Program-made: the position numbers and the translations under genes
Shown here: in pieces, positions 1 through 12,600 of the stretch
How positions within the stretch are numbered: position 1 is the stretch's first letter
How the letters are laid out: each line of letters opens with the position of its first letter
Notes under the pieces: model-generated
The model's database searches: none
What the model saw: only the letters and a program-made list of their open reading frames with translations
What the model was told of the DNA's origin: nothing
Assembly: GCF_964355755.1 (NCBI RefSeq)
Contig: NC_092673.1
Location: 3,410,001 to 3,474,000, forward strand
Direction of reading: 5' to 3'
Origin: Antedon mediterranea
Taxonomy: Eukaryota; Animalia; Echinodermata
DNA length: 64,000 nt

Positions 1-1409
1 CACTTTTTAAAAATCAAACTAGTTTGATAGTGGATAGTGTAAACAGAGCTTTAGACGATGGAGGGAATGATTAGATCCTTCCATGTGAAGAGCGAGTCTC
101 TGGAGTTAAAGTATAAACAGTTTTATTAATATTTTTAATTAAGACGAACACAGGCCAGTAAAAGTCGGTCATTTTCTTTGACTTATAAAGCACACAATAC
201 ACAGTTGATGGATTTGGTGCATTCCTAATATCATACCTTCCTTTGATTGCTTCCAGCCTATGCACATAATCAAATTTAACCAATTGAAATAACAATCTAG
301 AACTAAGAACTGCCTATGACAACTTCTGTAGCTTCTTATATTACGCATCTATTAAACACATTATTTTGCATGAATACACGCCAAGACATTCCAAATGGAT
401 ATACAGTAGTTTGTAGTACATGTGTCATAGGACCGCTAACGACACTATGAATTCATTTCAGAAGGATGGCAAAACAAATGTTTTTAGAACTTGTTTATTG
501 TTGAAATGCATCCTTTCCACTACCAATAAAATAAGACGTCCAAACATCTTGCGATTTGAACTTTTAAAAATGTATCGCACATCTGTTAAGCTCTGTCTAC
601 ACTATCAAACATTATGTGACGAAAAAATGTGATATGCCTAAAATATGGACATGATGATGTCATTACTACCATTTTTGGCTATTTGGGAACATCACACTTT
701 TTTGTCAAACTAGTTTTATATTGAAGACATGCTGGTAAACACACCTGATTTGTGTTTTTAACCATTATTTTGAGAATATAATTTAACTGGTGGTATTCAA
801 ACATTTATATTGTCAAGAAAAAAGAAATTATTCACAGTAAAAACAGGCCCTATACGATCACAACAAACTGCCAGATCTTGTTTACTTTGATTACTGAAGG
901 TTGTATTGGACAAGGTGGATAAATACAATAATATCACAGATCATCAGGGATAAATCAGATAATCCAATATGATATATCCAAAGTCATGCTGTCGTAAGGA
1001 TTGATACCTTAATCTGACAATAACAAGTAAAGCTATTAACACTATAACTAAAGTTTGTGAAATCTTTCGACAATAAAGGTTATAGGTAGAAAAGTAGACA
1101 AGGCCATTAACTTTCCATAAAGAATGTGGTTGAGTAATGGTGTTATTTTATTTATGATATGTTTACATCTATGAACTACAAAACAACTTTGTGCTGTTTA
1201 CCAAAAATACATTAATATATTAATTACACAGAAAAAATCCTTGAATTTGATTCGGATACAGTTCTATGCTTTAGCAAGAATGAAGGATGTTGGGAAAGGA
1301 AAGAGGGCCAAATGGGAAGCTTCCTAAAGAAAAAAAAGAGCCAACCTCCTTCCTCCTCCACTAAAATAATGGCCAAGATCTACCTAGTTCAGTGGCAGTA
1401 TGGACATAA

Positions 1410-1563
1410 AGCTCTGTCTACACTATCAAACTAGTTTGACAAAAAGAGTGTGATGTGCCCAAATATGGTAGTGATATGCCCAAATATGGTAGTGATATGA
1501 CATCATCATGTCCATATATGGGCACATCAAAATTTTTTTCACATAAAGTTTGATAGTGTAGAG
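1410..1563. mobile_element. MITE family A (PIF/Harbinger, Tourist-like) copy
   Basis: Left TIR AGCTCTGTCTACACTATCAAACT; right TIR degenerate. Internal 21-bp subrepeat TGCCCAAATATGGTAGTGATA x2. Further partial or degenerate copies lie at 1-50, 589-720, 7260-7389, 24827-24980, 32700-32772, 39730-39895, 43577-43720, 53593-53735 and 61735-61765. Confidence 0.9.
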
Positions 1564-3377
1564 TTTTAAAGAGAGATGTGTAGCAAGTTGTTCCAAGATG
1601 AATTGATCTAGTATCAATATGGTCGTGTGTTTATCATTACACTGCAATATGGTATATTGTGTGGGTACAATTACTATATATCCAACCTGTGTATGATATA
1701 CCTATGTAAGCTGCCTGTGATGAATTACATTATTCATTCAATAGCAGCCTGGGTGCTGATGAATATTAATTATTATACAAATATTTATTTAGTTTCATTG
1801 AAGCTGCATATCTATTTACTATGATGATGTTTTACTGGACTTTGTTCTTATTTACACTGGGCTCTACAATGTTGTTTGCAGTATTTTACATTTAAATGGC
1901 TTGCCTACTTTGAATTTAAACGGCCAAGCTTGTGTCTCACATCATCCTGCAGTTCTAATTGCATACAATTTTTTAGTGGTTCAAAAAAACAAAAAAAACA
2001 TTACCGTATATTAGTTTCTAAAATGTTGGTTTTAATTTAAACAATAATGTAAAACTTGAGTGTAACTGATTTCAGTAAAATGCACATTATATAATTATAC
2101 CCAGAACCAGGTAGACCAGTATATGACACCATAGAGATAGACAGATGTGCTGAACAAACCAGCTTACCAATATTATTGAAAACAGGATTGTATAGAATGA
2201 GTCTATCCATATTTGGGTTTATCCCGGACTATTAAGTAATTTTATTTTTATTTTATTTCATACTCATCCAACAGCGAGTAACCCGCCAATTACAGGATGG
2301 ATAAACTATTTAATAATTTCACAAGACAAACATATACACTTTAAGACCCACTTTAATAAAACATTGTGCATTTAAAATAAAAATATTAATTTAATCATCA
2401 TCAGCACCATGGTAGGACTAAATGAGGTAGGAGTCAGGACTAAATGAAGTAGAAAATAAAGAAAACATGAAATAAAATCAATAATGAACATTATCTTAGA
2501 CATTTATTAAATAATGTTAAGGTTAATTTGTTTCAAGGTTTTCACAAGCGCCTTGAGAACTTTTGTGGATATGTGCGCTGTATAAATCTTATTATTATTA
2601 TTATTTATCTAACATAAGGCGTGGCCTTTGGAACACATCAATATCTAGGTCCGTCTCCGTCAATAATGTAAATTGCTTTTCAAAATGTAGACAAAATGTT
2701 CCCTATAAAATAATTCAAATATTGTATTTCAAAGCTGCATTTGTGTTTTACAGTAATTATGTTGAAACAGATCTTGTAAACAGGCTCTCAACTACTGTCA
2801 TGCAAATTTTTAACTACCCATAATGTTCATCGCTATGGTAATGTATGTTACCGTGGCAATAAGTGGTACGACTGGCTATTGACGGTTTGTCTGACATGCA
2901 ATCTTGGAAACAATAACAACCCACTTTCACATTTTACTGTCTCTCTGTCTGCATGTTTTATTTAGCTATGGGGAAGTGAACTCGTTCTATTAGTATGGAA
3001 GTGTTTGTTACTCAATAATTTACAACTACTAATGTGTTTTTCCAGGATGGCTTGACATCATCTTCAGTTTTTATAATATTTATATGACTCCGGTATTAAT
3101 ATTATGTGCTCATAAAACATGGTATTATAAATATTGTACCATTAAACAGGGTCGTAGCCACCAGTAAGGTTAGTAAGGGTTCAACCTGACCACTTTTTCA
3201 CAGAGGCCTTTGACAACCCAGTAGCTTGAAAAGAGATTGTTCCCTTTTCTTGCGAAAATCGAACCACTTTATTTCTTGTGGCTAAACATCACTGATAAAT
3301 AATTAATGCAATCCTAAAATAGGAAATTTATTTCAGCACATTGGTACATAAAAGCTATTATTAAATATTAGACATTA

Positions 3378-3556
3378 AGCTTGGTTCCCACTAGAACGTA
3401 ACGCAAGGACGTAAACGCAACGCAAGCGTTTTAACCAATGACAAGCGAAGTTATAGACAGTTAGCAATCACAAGCGAATAAGTCATCGTTTGTGATTGGT
3501 AAATTCACTTGCGTTGCGTTACGTCCTTGCGTTGCGTCGCTAGTGGGAACCACGCT
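3378..3556. mobile_element. MITE family B (PIF/Harbinger-like, almost fully palindromic)
   Basis: TTA|AGCTTGGTTCCCACTAG...CTAGTGGGAACCACGCT|TTA, with internal ACGCAACGCAAG / CTTGCGTTGCGT inverted arrays. Confidence 0.9.
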
Positions 3557-3620
3557 TTAGCAGTGACCATGTGGGACAACTTTAGCACTATAGAATTAAG
3601 AATTAAAACTTTATCTCTAA

Positions 3621-3759
3621 AGCTTGGCTCCCACTAGAACGCAACGCAAGCAAATTGACCAATCACAAGGAACGGTTTGAATATTCCATCACTTGGATTG
3701 GTCAATTCGCTTGCGTTGCAGCTTACGTCCTTGCGTTGCGTTCTAATGGGAACAAGGCT
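3621..3759. mobile_element. MITE family B copy
   Basis: Same termini and CAACGCAAG motifs. A more degenerate copy lies at about 10066-10217. Confidence 0.8.
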
Positions 3760-4649
3760 TTTAAGGATTTTCTAATTGGACAATCATAGGTCTCCCGCCA
3801 AATGTAGAATGCTTACAGTGTAGCTTTGTGTACTTGTTGACACAATGATGTACCACTACCTCATAATGTATAGCCTTCGAGAAGATGCAAATAAGAGATC
3901 TTAATATGATTACTTTAATTGCATTGCTTTGTAATTATGAGAGGATGCCATTATAATTCATTGATAATAATGAGGGGATGCCTACAGAATGATAACAAGA
4001 TGTGCCTTTCAGGTCCCAGGCACTGTCACGCATAAACAAATTCTCTAATTCAAGGTTGAAATATTTTAATGATCAATGAAATTAATTGAGTTCAACTGAA
4101 TTACTTAATTTCATGCTTATATTCCTTATTATTTACAATATAATATATTATTATTATTATTATTATCAATGGCTACTCTATATCATAAGAATCTAGATAT
4201 TAAAAATTTATAATATATCAATTAACCTTATAAACCATTTGATGTCTTATACTATTAAAGAAACTAAATATTGCTGTTATTAAAATATAATTTCTATAAA
4301 TAATTTATAATTAGCCTGTTAAGTGGTATGATTTTTTTATTGCATTTATTTTAATACAGTACTCAATCTTTAAATAATAAATTGCATAATATTCCTGTTA
4401 ATAATGTGGTTGACAAACTACTTGACCTTCGCGTAATGTTGTTCAGAAGTGTTAATTTGACCTTTAGATTTAGGCCCTGGTAATGAAAAAAGGTGCTTTG
4501 ATATGCAAAGTTCGTCAAAGCCTAATTGAATGTTTACACTGTAGAATGTGAAGTGGGGACTGGCATCTACACGTCATTAATAAATGCGAACTTATCAGGA
4601 TGTTGGCATTATCCCATTCACACTCTGAAATTCACATAAAGCATCTTAA

Positions 4650-4810
4650 AGCTCTGTCTACACTCTCAAATTAGTTTGACAAAAAACGTGTGACATGCCT
4701 AAATATGGTAGGGATATTCCTAAATATGGTAGTGATATGACATCATCATGTCCATATGGGCACATTACATTTGTTGTTGTCACATAAAGTTTGATAATGT
4801 AGACAGGGCT
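4650..4810. mobile_element. MITE family A copy
   Basis: Both TIRs and the internal consensus are present. Confidence 0.88.
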
Positions 4811-5810
4811 TTAGATTACATTCTTCATCTGGATGTTACACCACTACTGTTACATATCTATCAGACCCATGATTAAATCAAAAGTACTGTTTTACTACTA
4901 TCATCAATAAACTCAAGTGACAAAAGTCATTCTATAATAGTTTTTATAATACCAAAAATAATTTTTTTACAGCATATACAGTATTCTTCTTTTTCTTGAA
5001 ATATTGAAATTACTTTATTACTACAGGAAAGAATTTTTAATTCAAACTGACACCAAAAGAGTATCAAGTGACTATATCAACAATCAATGTGATGTTATGG
5101 ACAATACCCCCCTAGGCGAAGCACTTTACAAATTGTTGTACCCAATCAAGGGAGTCGTATTACCATAGAACTTGACCCTATCCCATCATCCCTCATTTAT
5201 TGTGACATCATCAACAAACCATCTGTATAACCAGAGAAAAGTGTGTATAAACACCACTACAAACAAAAATATGACCAGATTTGACAAACTCCCTAACAGA
5301 GCAGTATAGTTCTTATAGTTGTGTAGGAAAAAAATTTATGAAAGAAAAACAGTACTTTCTGGAATTGTCTTAGGTTGATTGAAATTACTGTAGGCTGGAT
5401 AAAGACTTTAAAATAAGCTTTATGGTGATGTAGGAGACTTTAAAAAGGCCCCATGCACCCAAAAAAATTACATCCCTGCCCACAATCTCCTGACTATTGG
5501 TTAAATGCATGACAAATGAGGACAATCCTATGACAGCAGCAAGCCTAGCTCATCAACATATTACACACTTCCAGAAATTGAAATCTCCATGGAGGCATAA
5601 ATAATTGCACACTCTAGCTAATCATCTTAAAATCAAACTACTTCCCTAAAGACCTACTAGGAAAATTGAAACAAACACTGGAAAGTAAAATAATAAGTCA
5701 TAAATAATATTTTGTTATGAGGTAAAGGTAAAATACAATAATGAATTATAGTTGTTGATGACTAGTAAAATAATTATATTATGTACAATAAATATTATAT
5801 CACCAGGTGG

Positions 5811-6095
5811 AAATTGAAATTAGCAGAAGGAAATGGAAATGGATTGGTCACACACTAAGGAAACCAAAACACAACATAACTAGGCATGCCCTAACATGGA
5901 ATCCCCAAGGAAAACGAAAAAGAGGACGCCCAAGGAACACATGGAGGAGGGAACCGGATAAGGAGGTGAAGGATGCTGGCTATAACTGGACAGAGGTGGA
6001 AGGAATTGGAAGGAACCGTGTGAGATGGAGATGTGTAATTGATGGCCTATGCACTGCTAGGTGTAACAAGGCTTAAGCAAGTAAGTAAGTAAGTA
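5811..6095 (+). mobile_element. 5'-truncated RTE-clade LINE (3' end of ORF plus AAGT tail)
   Basis: Translation RRKWKWIGHTLRK...ALTWNPQGKRKRGRPRNTWRR...RVRWR is the typical RTE C-terminus. It is followed by an (AAGT)n tail, and AGGTGG flanks both ends (5805-5810 and 6096-6101) as a candidate TSD. Confidence 0.9.
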
Positions 6096-6111
6096 AGGTG
6101 GTTTATATAAT

Positions 6112-6344
6112 TTACCTCCACCAAGGAGGTATATGTAATCGGTAGCGTGTGTTTGTGTGTTTGTTTGTTTGTTTGTTTGATTGTTAGCAGGATTACTCAA
6201 AAAGTAATTACAAGATCTTTACCAAAATGAATAGACAGATAGGTATGTGGTCAAGGACCATTCCATTAATTTTTTTACCGGAGAAATCTTATGTAGGAGA
6301 ATTTACAGTAGGCGGAGGTATGCACTCTCGGAGTGTCTTTCTAG
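6112..6344 (+). mobile_element. Non-autonomous Helentron/Helitron-type element (HINE/DINE-like)
   Basis: 5' TTACCTCCACCAAGGAGGT stem, internal (GTTT)n microsatellite, subterminal inverted repeat GGCGGAGGTA, 3' hairpin CACTCTCGGAGTG, and a CTAG end followed by T. Confidence 0.75.
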
Positions 6345-6422
6345 TTTATTCTGTGCCTGTTCATTAATGTATTAATAATATTAACAATCTGGAATAATTA
6401 AAAGATGGTATGCTATATGTAA

Positions 6423-6563
6423 AGCTCTGTCCACACTATCAAACTAGTTTGACAAAAAAATGTGATGTGCCCAAATACGGTAGTGATATGCTTAAATATG
6501 ATAGTCCTATGACATCATCATGTCCATATATTTGTTCCATAAAGTTTGATAGTGTAGACAGCT
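6423..6563. mobile_element. MITE family A copy
   Basis: TIRs present, with TAA on both flanks. Confidence 0.85.
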
Positions 6564-6668
6564 TAAGGATGGGTGTTTTTGATTAATTTAAAGAACAAGG
6601 GGACTTAAATTATTCTTTCAATTAATAGCTTTTGCTTCGGGACGGTAGAGGGAGACACAAAAACCTAC

Positions 6669-9600
6669 CTGCTCTTGATCCAGACGATTGGTTGAATCTC
6701 GAATGTGGCAGAATTAAATCTGTAATTTGTTGTAATGCCAACAGGCTTGCTGGGTGGGGGCCAGTCTGAAGAAAACAAAATTGAAAAAAAAAACCCAATT
6801 ATATTACTAATATTCTGTACAATTATAATTATGTGATTTGTAATGTGATGTGTTGATCGCAAATAGCGTGAGCGATGCATGATGGGAACGAATTGGGAAC
6901 AATAGAGTTTGATTAGATTGCTATTGCTCCCAATTCTGTCCCATCATCAACACCTTATTTTGGATTAACTTGAATCTAAGGCCAGGGTAGGCTATACCTG
7001 AATGGTAATCAAGTATAAGGCATCAAGTATTTATCAAGTAAAAAATAATAATAACAACCCATAGAACCCTGTAAAAAAATATATTAATATGTTTTATAAG
7101 CTAAATATGCTTTAGGTTAAAAGCATTCTTTTAGCAACATACTTTTAAAATGCTATTAAGTTTTAAGGCATATTTTTTATATTCAATTTATGGATCAATA
7201 TTTGAGTATAAAATTAACATAACATTGTATGGCAAGATGCAAATTCATGATTCATTTTAAACTCTGTCTACACTATCAAACTAGTGCGATATGGCCAAAT
7301 ATGGTAGTGGTATGCCCAAATATGGTAGTGATATGACATCATCATGTCCATATATGGGCACATACAGTTTAACAGTGTAGACAAGGCCTTAGCTGATTCT
7401 ACTGTGAATGGTTAAATGTAAAATACTGTATAATTTCTTCCCATAAAAGGAAAGATAACATATTGGTTTAAAGAAAAAAAATAGGTCATTTAAACAGACC
7501 TACATAAAGTTATCATTCATATTGATCAGAATGTGATAGGATATTTACCCTAAGCTAAATTTAACTTTGACCCTTTACAATATTCTAATCAATATTGCCA
7601 TATGATGTTGCATTTTATTGAGCTTTTGTTGAATTTTAGACTTGTTTACTGTAGATATTTATCAGGATTGCATACTTGTTAATATTATTATTGATGTTTT
7701 AATTCTTGTTAAACACTGTAGTATTGGTTGGACATCTATGGATGATAAAAATGCACTACTGTATATAACAATGCTTTTCATAATACTAATTATGCTATAC
7801 TGATGGTAATGTATAGTCATACAATATTGAAAAAATCCTATAGTTTGTTTGTTAAAAACAAAAATTTAAACTTCCATTTTATTGATTGTAACAAGTTGGT
7901 TTCTATAGAGTACACCCGCATGCTCAAATCTCACGTGTAGGAGGTACACCAACTTACACCCCATAGTTTAAGGTTTCTCTTGCATGAATTCATTATACGC
8001 TCTGACGTAAAAAGACACTTTATTTTTTTCTTTAAAAGTTTTGTATGCACACAAAAGAATAAATATATTCAATACAAGCACTTATGGTTCACAAAATCTC
8101 TGTCTACTGTATACTATCAAACTAGTTTGAGCAAAAAAGTGTGATGTGCCGAAATATGGTGGTGATATGCCTAAATATTGTAGTGATACGACATCATCAT
8201 ATCTATATATGGGTACATCCCATTTTTTTGTCACATAAAGTTTGATAGTGTAGACAGAGCTTTAGGCTCTCAGATTGTGCGATTAGTCCAATGGATTGCA
8301 AAGACTTTAATTTTCTAAAAATGGTAGAGTCCATGGGTGGCTAACTTTATCTTGGGTGGATAATGATTCCCTTTTTTACACAGTAATACTAATACTAATA
8401 GTCATTTTTTGCAAAATAATAACTTTACACAGTAGTTTTTCAAACAATATAAACTCTAATATATCTTATTTAATGCATAATTTGAATACTAATTTCAAAT
8501 ATAATAGGTCTATAACTGATGTTTTTCTAATGTATTAAATTTCCAATGTTTTCTTTTGACAAGTTGTTGCGTTAAATCCGTGAAAGGTTTATGGCGGAGC
8601 CTGTCAGGCATGTGAAAGTCTTTTGATCAGCTATGCAATCAACTGTATAATATAGGACACAATGCCCATAATTCATAGTACACTTACGGTAATTGATGTT
8701 AACTGTACATTTCAAAACGTTCTTTTTCTTACTTGAATGATAGGGATTGTTGAAAACAACCAAAAAAATAAAAACCCTAAAGGCCAATTTACACAGACAA
8801 GCGGTGACAGTAAGCGGAAAACGCGTAGCTTGTCCCACGTAGAATCTGTATTTATCCCGAGAGGAATCCATCTGTCCACTCTGTGTAGTAAACGGTCATA
8901 ATTAGTCACATAGATTCTATATTTTTATTACCGTTACTGCTCGTCTGTAGTAAATTGGCCTTAACTCTTATTTTATGCATCTTTTTTCACTTGGATGTGA
9001 ATTTGATAGCAATTTAATTTGACATCAAGGATACTGACTATAGTTAAAGTTTTGATTGATTTATTCATCAAACAAATATTAAAATTTATTATCAATAAAC
9101 CCTTTCAGCTAAATTATATTTAAAAATTAACTTACAGTAAGTGATTATCTTATGTCCTATATGTAACACAACAATCAGACAATTCCTTTTTAATTTGTTT
9201 CCTCCTCTTTACAGTTTAAATACAGTATCTATTTCAAAATAGTTGTTTTTCCATTGACAGGTTGTTTCTTAAGCTCTGTGCTCATTATCAAACTAGTCAA
9301 AAAAAGGTGTGATGTTCCCAAATATGGTAGTAATATGCCCAAATATGGTAGTGATATGACATCATCAAGTCCATATATGGGCACATCACATTTGTTTTGT
9401 CACATAAAGTTTGATGGTGTAGACAGAGCTTTGGCATTTTAAATATATATAGGAAAGAAAAGTATTGACATTGTAGAGCGAGCATTTTGAGAATAACAAG
9501 GTGTGTTCATATGCTGTTTTAATTACAATTTCTTAATTACGTTTTCATATGAATCCTCAATTCATTGGCAGAATGTTTCATTAAACAAATCGTCAAGGGA

Positions 9601-12600
9601 TTAGATGTCATTATAACCTATACAAGTGACTCATTATGTAGAAATATAATATACATAATTAGTTATAAATATGTAATTTGAGTCGCATAAAATTAATCAC
9701 AATTATGGATATATTATATTTGGTGTTAATTTTGTGAGATGAAATCATAATTAGTCTGGAATACATTGTCTTTAATGTTCATTGCTCTGATAGGTATTAC
9801 TATATTATGCAATAAGCAAATTTAGTTAGGGGTGATTCTGTATGTTGCATATATATAAACAAAACAACATAAACCAAATTACCTAATTAGAAAACTTGCT
9901 TATTAATATTCATAAATAAATTTCCTTTTGCATATCACAACAAAATTCTTCTGCTTTAATTAATTAAATTGACTAATTAATTTTAAGCCTTCAATTGCGA
10001 TGAAGACGGTGAAAGAAAGGGATTTATGGAAGGACCAAGTAAAAATTATACTCTTGTAATAATAAAGCTTGTTTTCCACTCGGACGCAACGCAATGGGGT
10101 AATTCAAGTGAGTTGGCCAATCAAAATGCGATGTATCATTATCATTCGCGTCGTGATTGGTCAATTTACTTTCATTTTACTTACATCCTTGCATTACATC
10201 CTACAGTAGTAGAAGCAATGTCAGTACAATAAACAACATGTTTAGCTGTCTTTAAAAAAAAAACCTTTAGTTTGTACAGCACTACATTTACATATTTTAT
10301 TAGCATTCAGCTCCAAAATCTCATTTAACTTTAAACGTGCAGACTTTCCGTCTCTTATTATAAGTCGGTAAAGTCAGCCTGCATTACAATTACCTGAAGC
10401 TCTGAACACATCAACAGGCAAATATACTTTTGCTAAATTGCTGAAGAATTGAATTAATATGCACCCAATTGAAAGAATGGCCCACAAAAAGAGCTCAATA
10501 ATAACAACTTAAAATAACACCAATCCATTTGTAGTAATACCCTAAGGATATTCACCCTTTGATTCCATTTTCTAAATAACTATTTAGATTTCGCTTCAAT
10601 AACTTTCGGATCAAGTTTTTCTATAAATTTTTTCTGTGAAAATGTATGCAAGTTTTTGCTGTGTTAAATGCATACAAAACAAGTTGAAGAAATCTAGGAC
10701 AGGCAGTGCAATCCGAAAGACTAAAGAAATCTAGGGTTGCCAATATAAAGCAGAACTTTAGCACAACATCCAATATTTGTAACATTTAAAGCTCTATCTG
10801 CACTATTAAACTAGTCTGATGTGCCCAAATATGGTAGGGATATGACATCACCATGTCCATATATGGGCACATCACCTTTTTTTTGTCACATAAAGTTTGA
10901 TAATGTTATAGACAGAGCTTAACACTGTTGTATATTCCTAAAGCATTTATCCATATATTAGCCTCAGATCTGCAACCATATAATAACTAAATAATGGACA
11001 CTATAATATATGTATCCAAACTGACCAACCAAATTCTACACGGTCACTTTGAATGGTCATTAACTTTTATATTACCATTTACAGAGAGGTTTTTAAGTCC
11101 ATCTCTCAATTGATTTTTCTTAATGAAAACAGCTATTATTACCATAATGGCTACTAATACGTTGCAGAGAACTGGACAAGAAAATTAGAGAAATAGGAAA
11201 ATTTTAATTAGATACCGAATAACACAAAAACACAACATCGAGACAGAGCTTAAACTTGCAATGAAAATGCAGTGGTGACAGACGGGTTGATGATTAGCAT
11301 AACGCTGGCGACCTATGATGACCATGATGATAGAACATGTCATTACCAAATTTACATTTTAACAATAACCGCATTATCTAATTATAAGCAAGACAATGTT
11401 GACGCGCATGGTGCCGAGACAAATCGTAAACGATAAATCAACTTTACGTCAATTTATGTGCATGTTTTGTGTACTTTTTAACGTGAAGAATGTAACACGA
11501 CACTAACGAGACTATATTACAGATATTAATTTATGAAATAAATTTTTTTTTTTAATAGAAAAAAAAGATTTTTCTTTTTAATATGATGATTTTCTAAATG
11601 TTGAGTGTTGATTAAAATAAAAAAAAAAACAATTTACATGTATTGTTCGTATAAAATTTCTATCTATAAAAAAAAAACCTGATGAAGTATAATTTTTAAT
11701 CAATTCAACAGATAATTAATTAATTATTGTCAGTATTTCTATTGAATTTTGTTTTAAACTTATATTCATGTTTATGTTTTATATGGGGTGGGTGAAATCT
11801 AAAGTCGTCTGACATGACTTTTTTTTTATTCATTGTAAAAAATGCCTCACAATCGTGATTTTAACTAAATATCTGTAATTATAATCTTGTTCTGAGAATA
11901 ATTTTAACGACATTTATTCATAAAAACTAAACAAATAAATACGAAAAATGACCCAGCCATACACCCCATTTTTTAATAATAGGTATAGAGAACAAACATA
12001 ACCCGCTAATTGTGTAGCTCTAGTCTGCTAACTACCACTCCCAACATTGATTATAAAGCCTACAAACCGCAGTGTGCTGACAACTGCTCTGATTAATTTA
12101 TACAGCGTTGGTATGAATACATTCATCCAGGACTATTGATTACGAGTGAATATCCGTTCATCAAATCTGTGAATTCGCAAGCCTTTTCTCACCTGTCTCT
12201 CTAGTTTTACCAACGTAAATGATGTATTTAATCCAATCAAATCATCAAAGTGACTGGAGAATAAGTACAACAGTAATTTCAGTTCGATTTGCTTTTAGTT
12301 TATAAGAACAAATGTTTAGAATAATTAAAGATGTTTATTAATGTAGATTATGATTATGAATTTTTTTGTCTAGTTATCAATTAAAATAATATGCAGTTCA
12401 AACCAATTGAGTTTTAAGTACCCTGGATAACTCCTATTTTGATTATTTTTTTAACAAATGACAAAATGTGGTTACTGTTACATAAGGAACAAATAGTACA
12501 ATGGTATTAAAATATATAATTTCATATTTTCTATTCATAAGCCGTGATGGATCCAGAATTTTATATAGGAGGAAAGAATAGATGATAAAAGACATTTATT

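Noticed and set aside
71-295. 74-aa minus-strand ORF as the next adducin exon
   Set aside because: It has no adducin motif (an IPINDxRG-like sequence is expected next) and no fitting splice sites; the next exon probably lies outside the window.
1426-1647. Recurrent short ORFs containing YHYHIWAY / PKYGSDM / LHYQTLCDK
   Set aside because: These are all translations of MITE A copies.
1717-1760. C/D-box snoRNA-like GTGATGA...CTGA
   Set aside because: Too short, no terminal stem, and on the opposite strand to the host gene.
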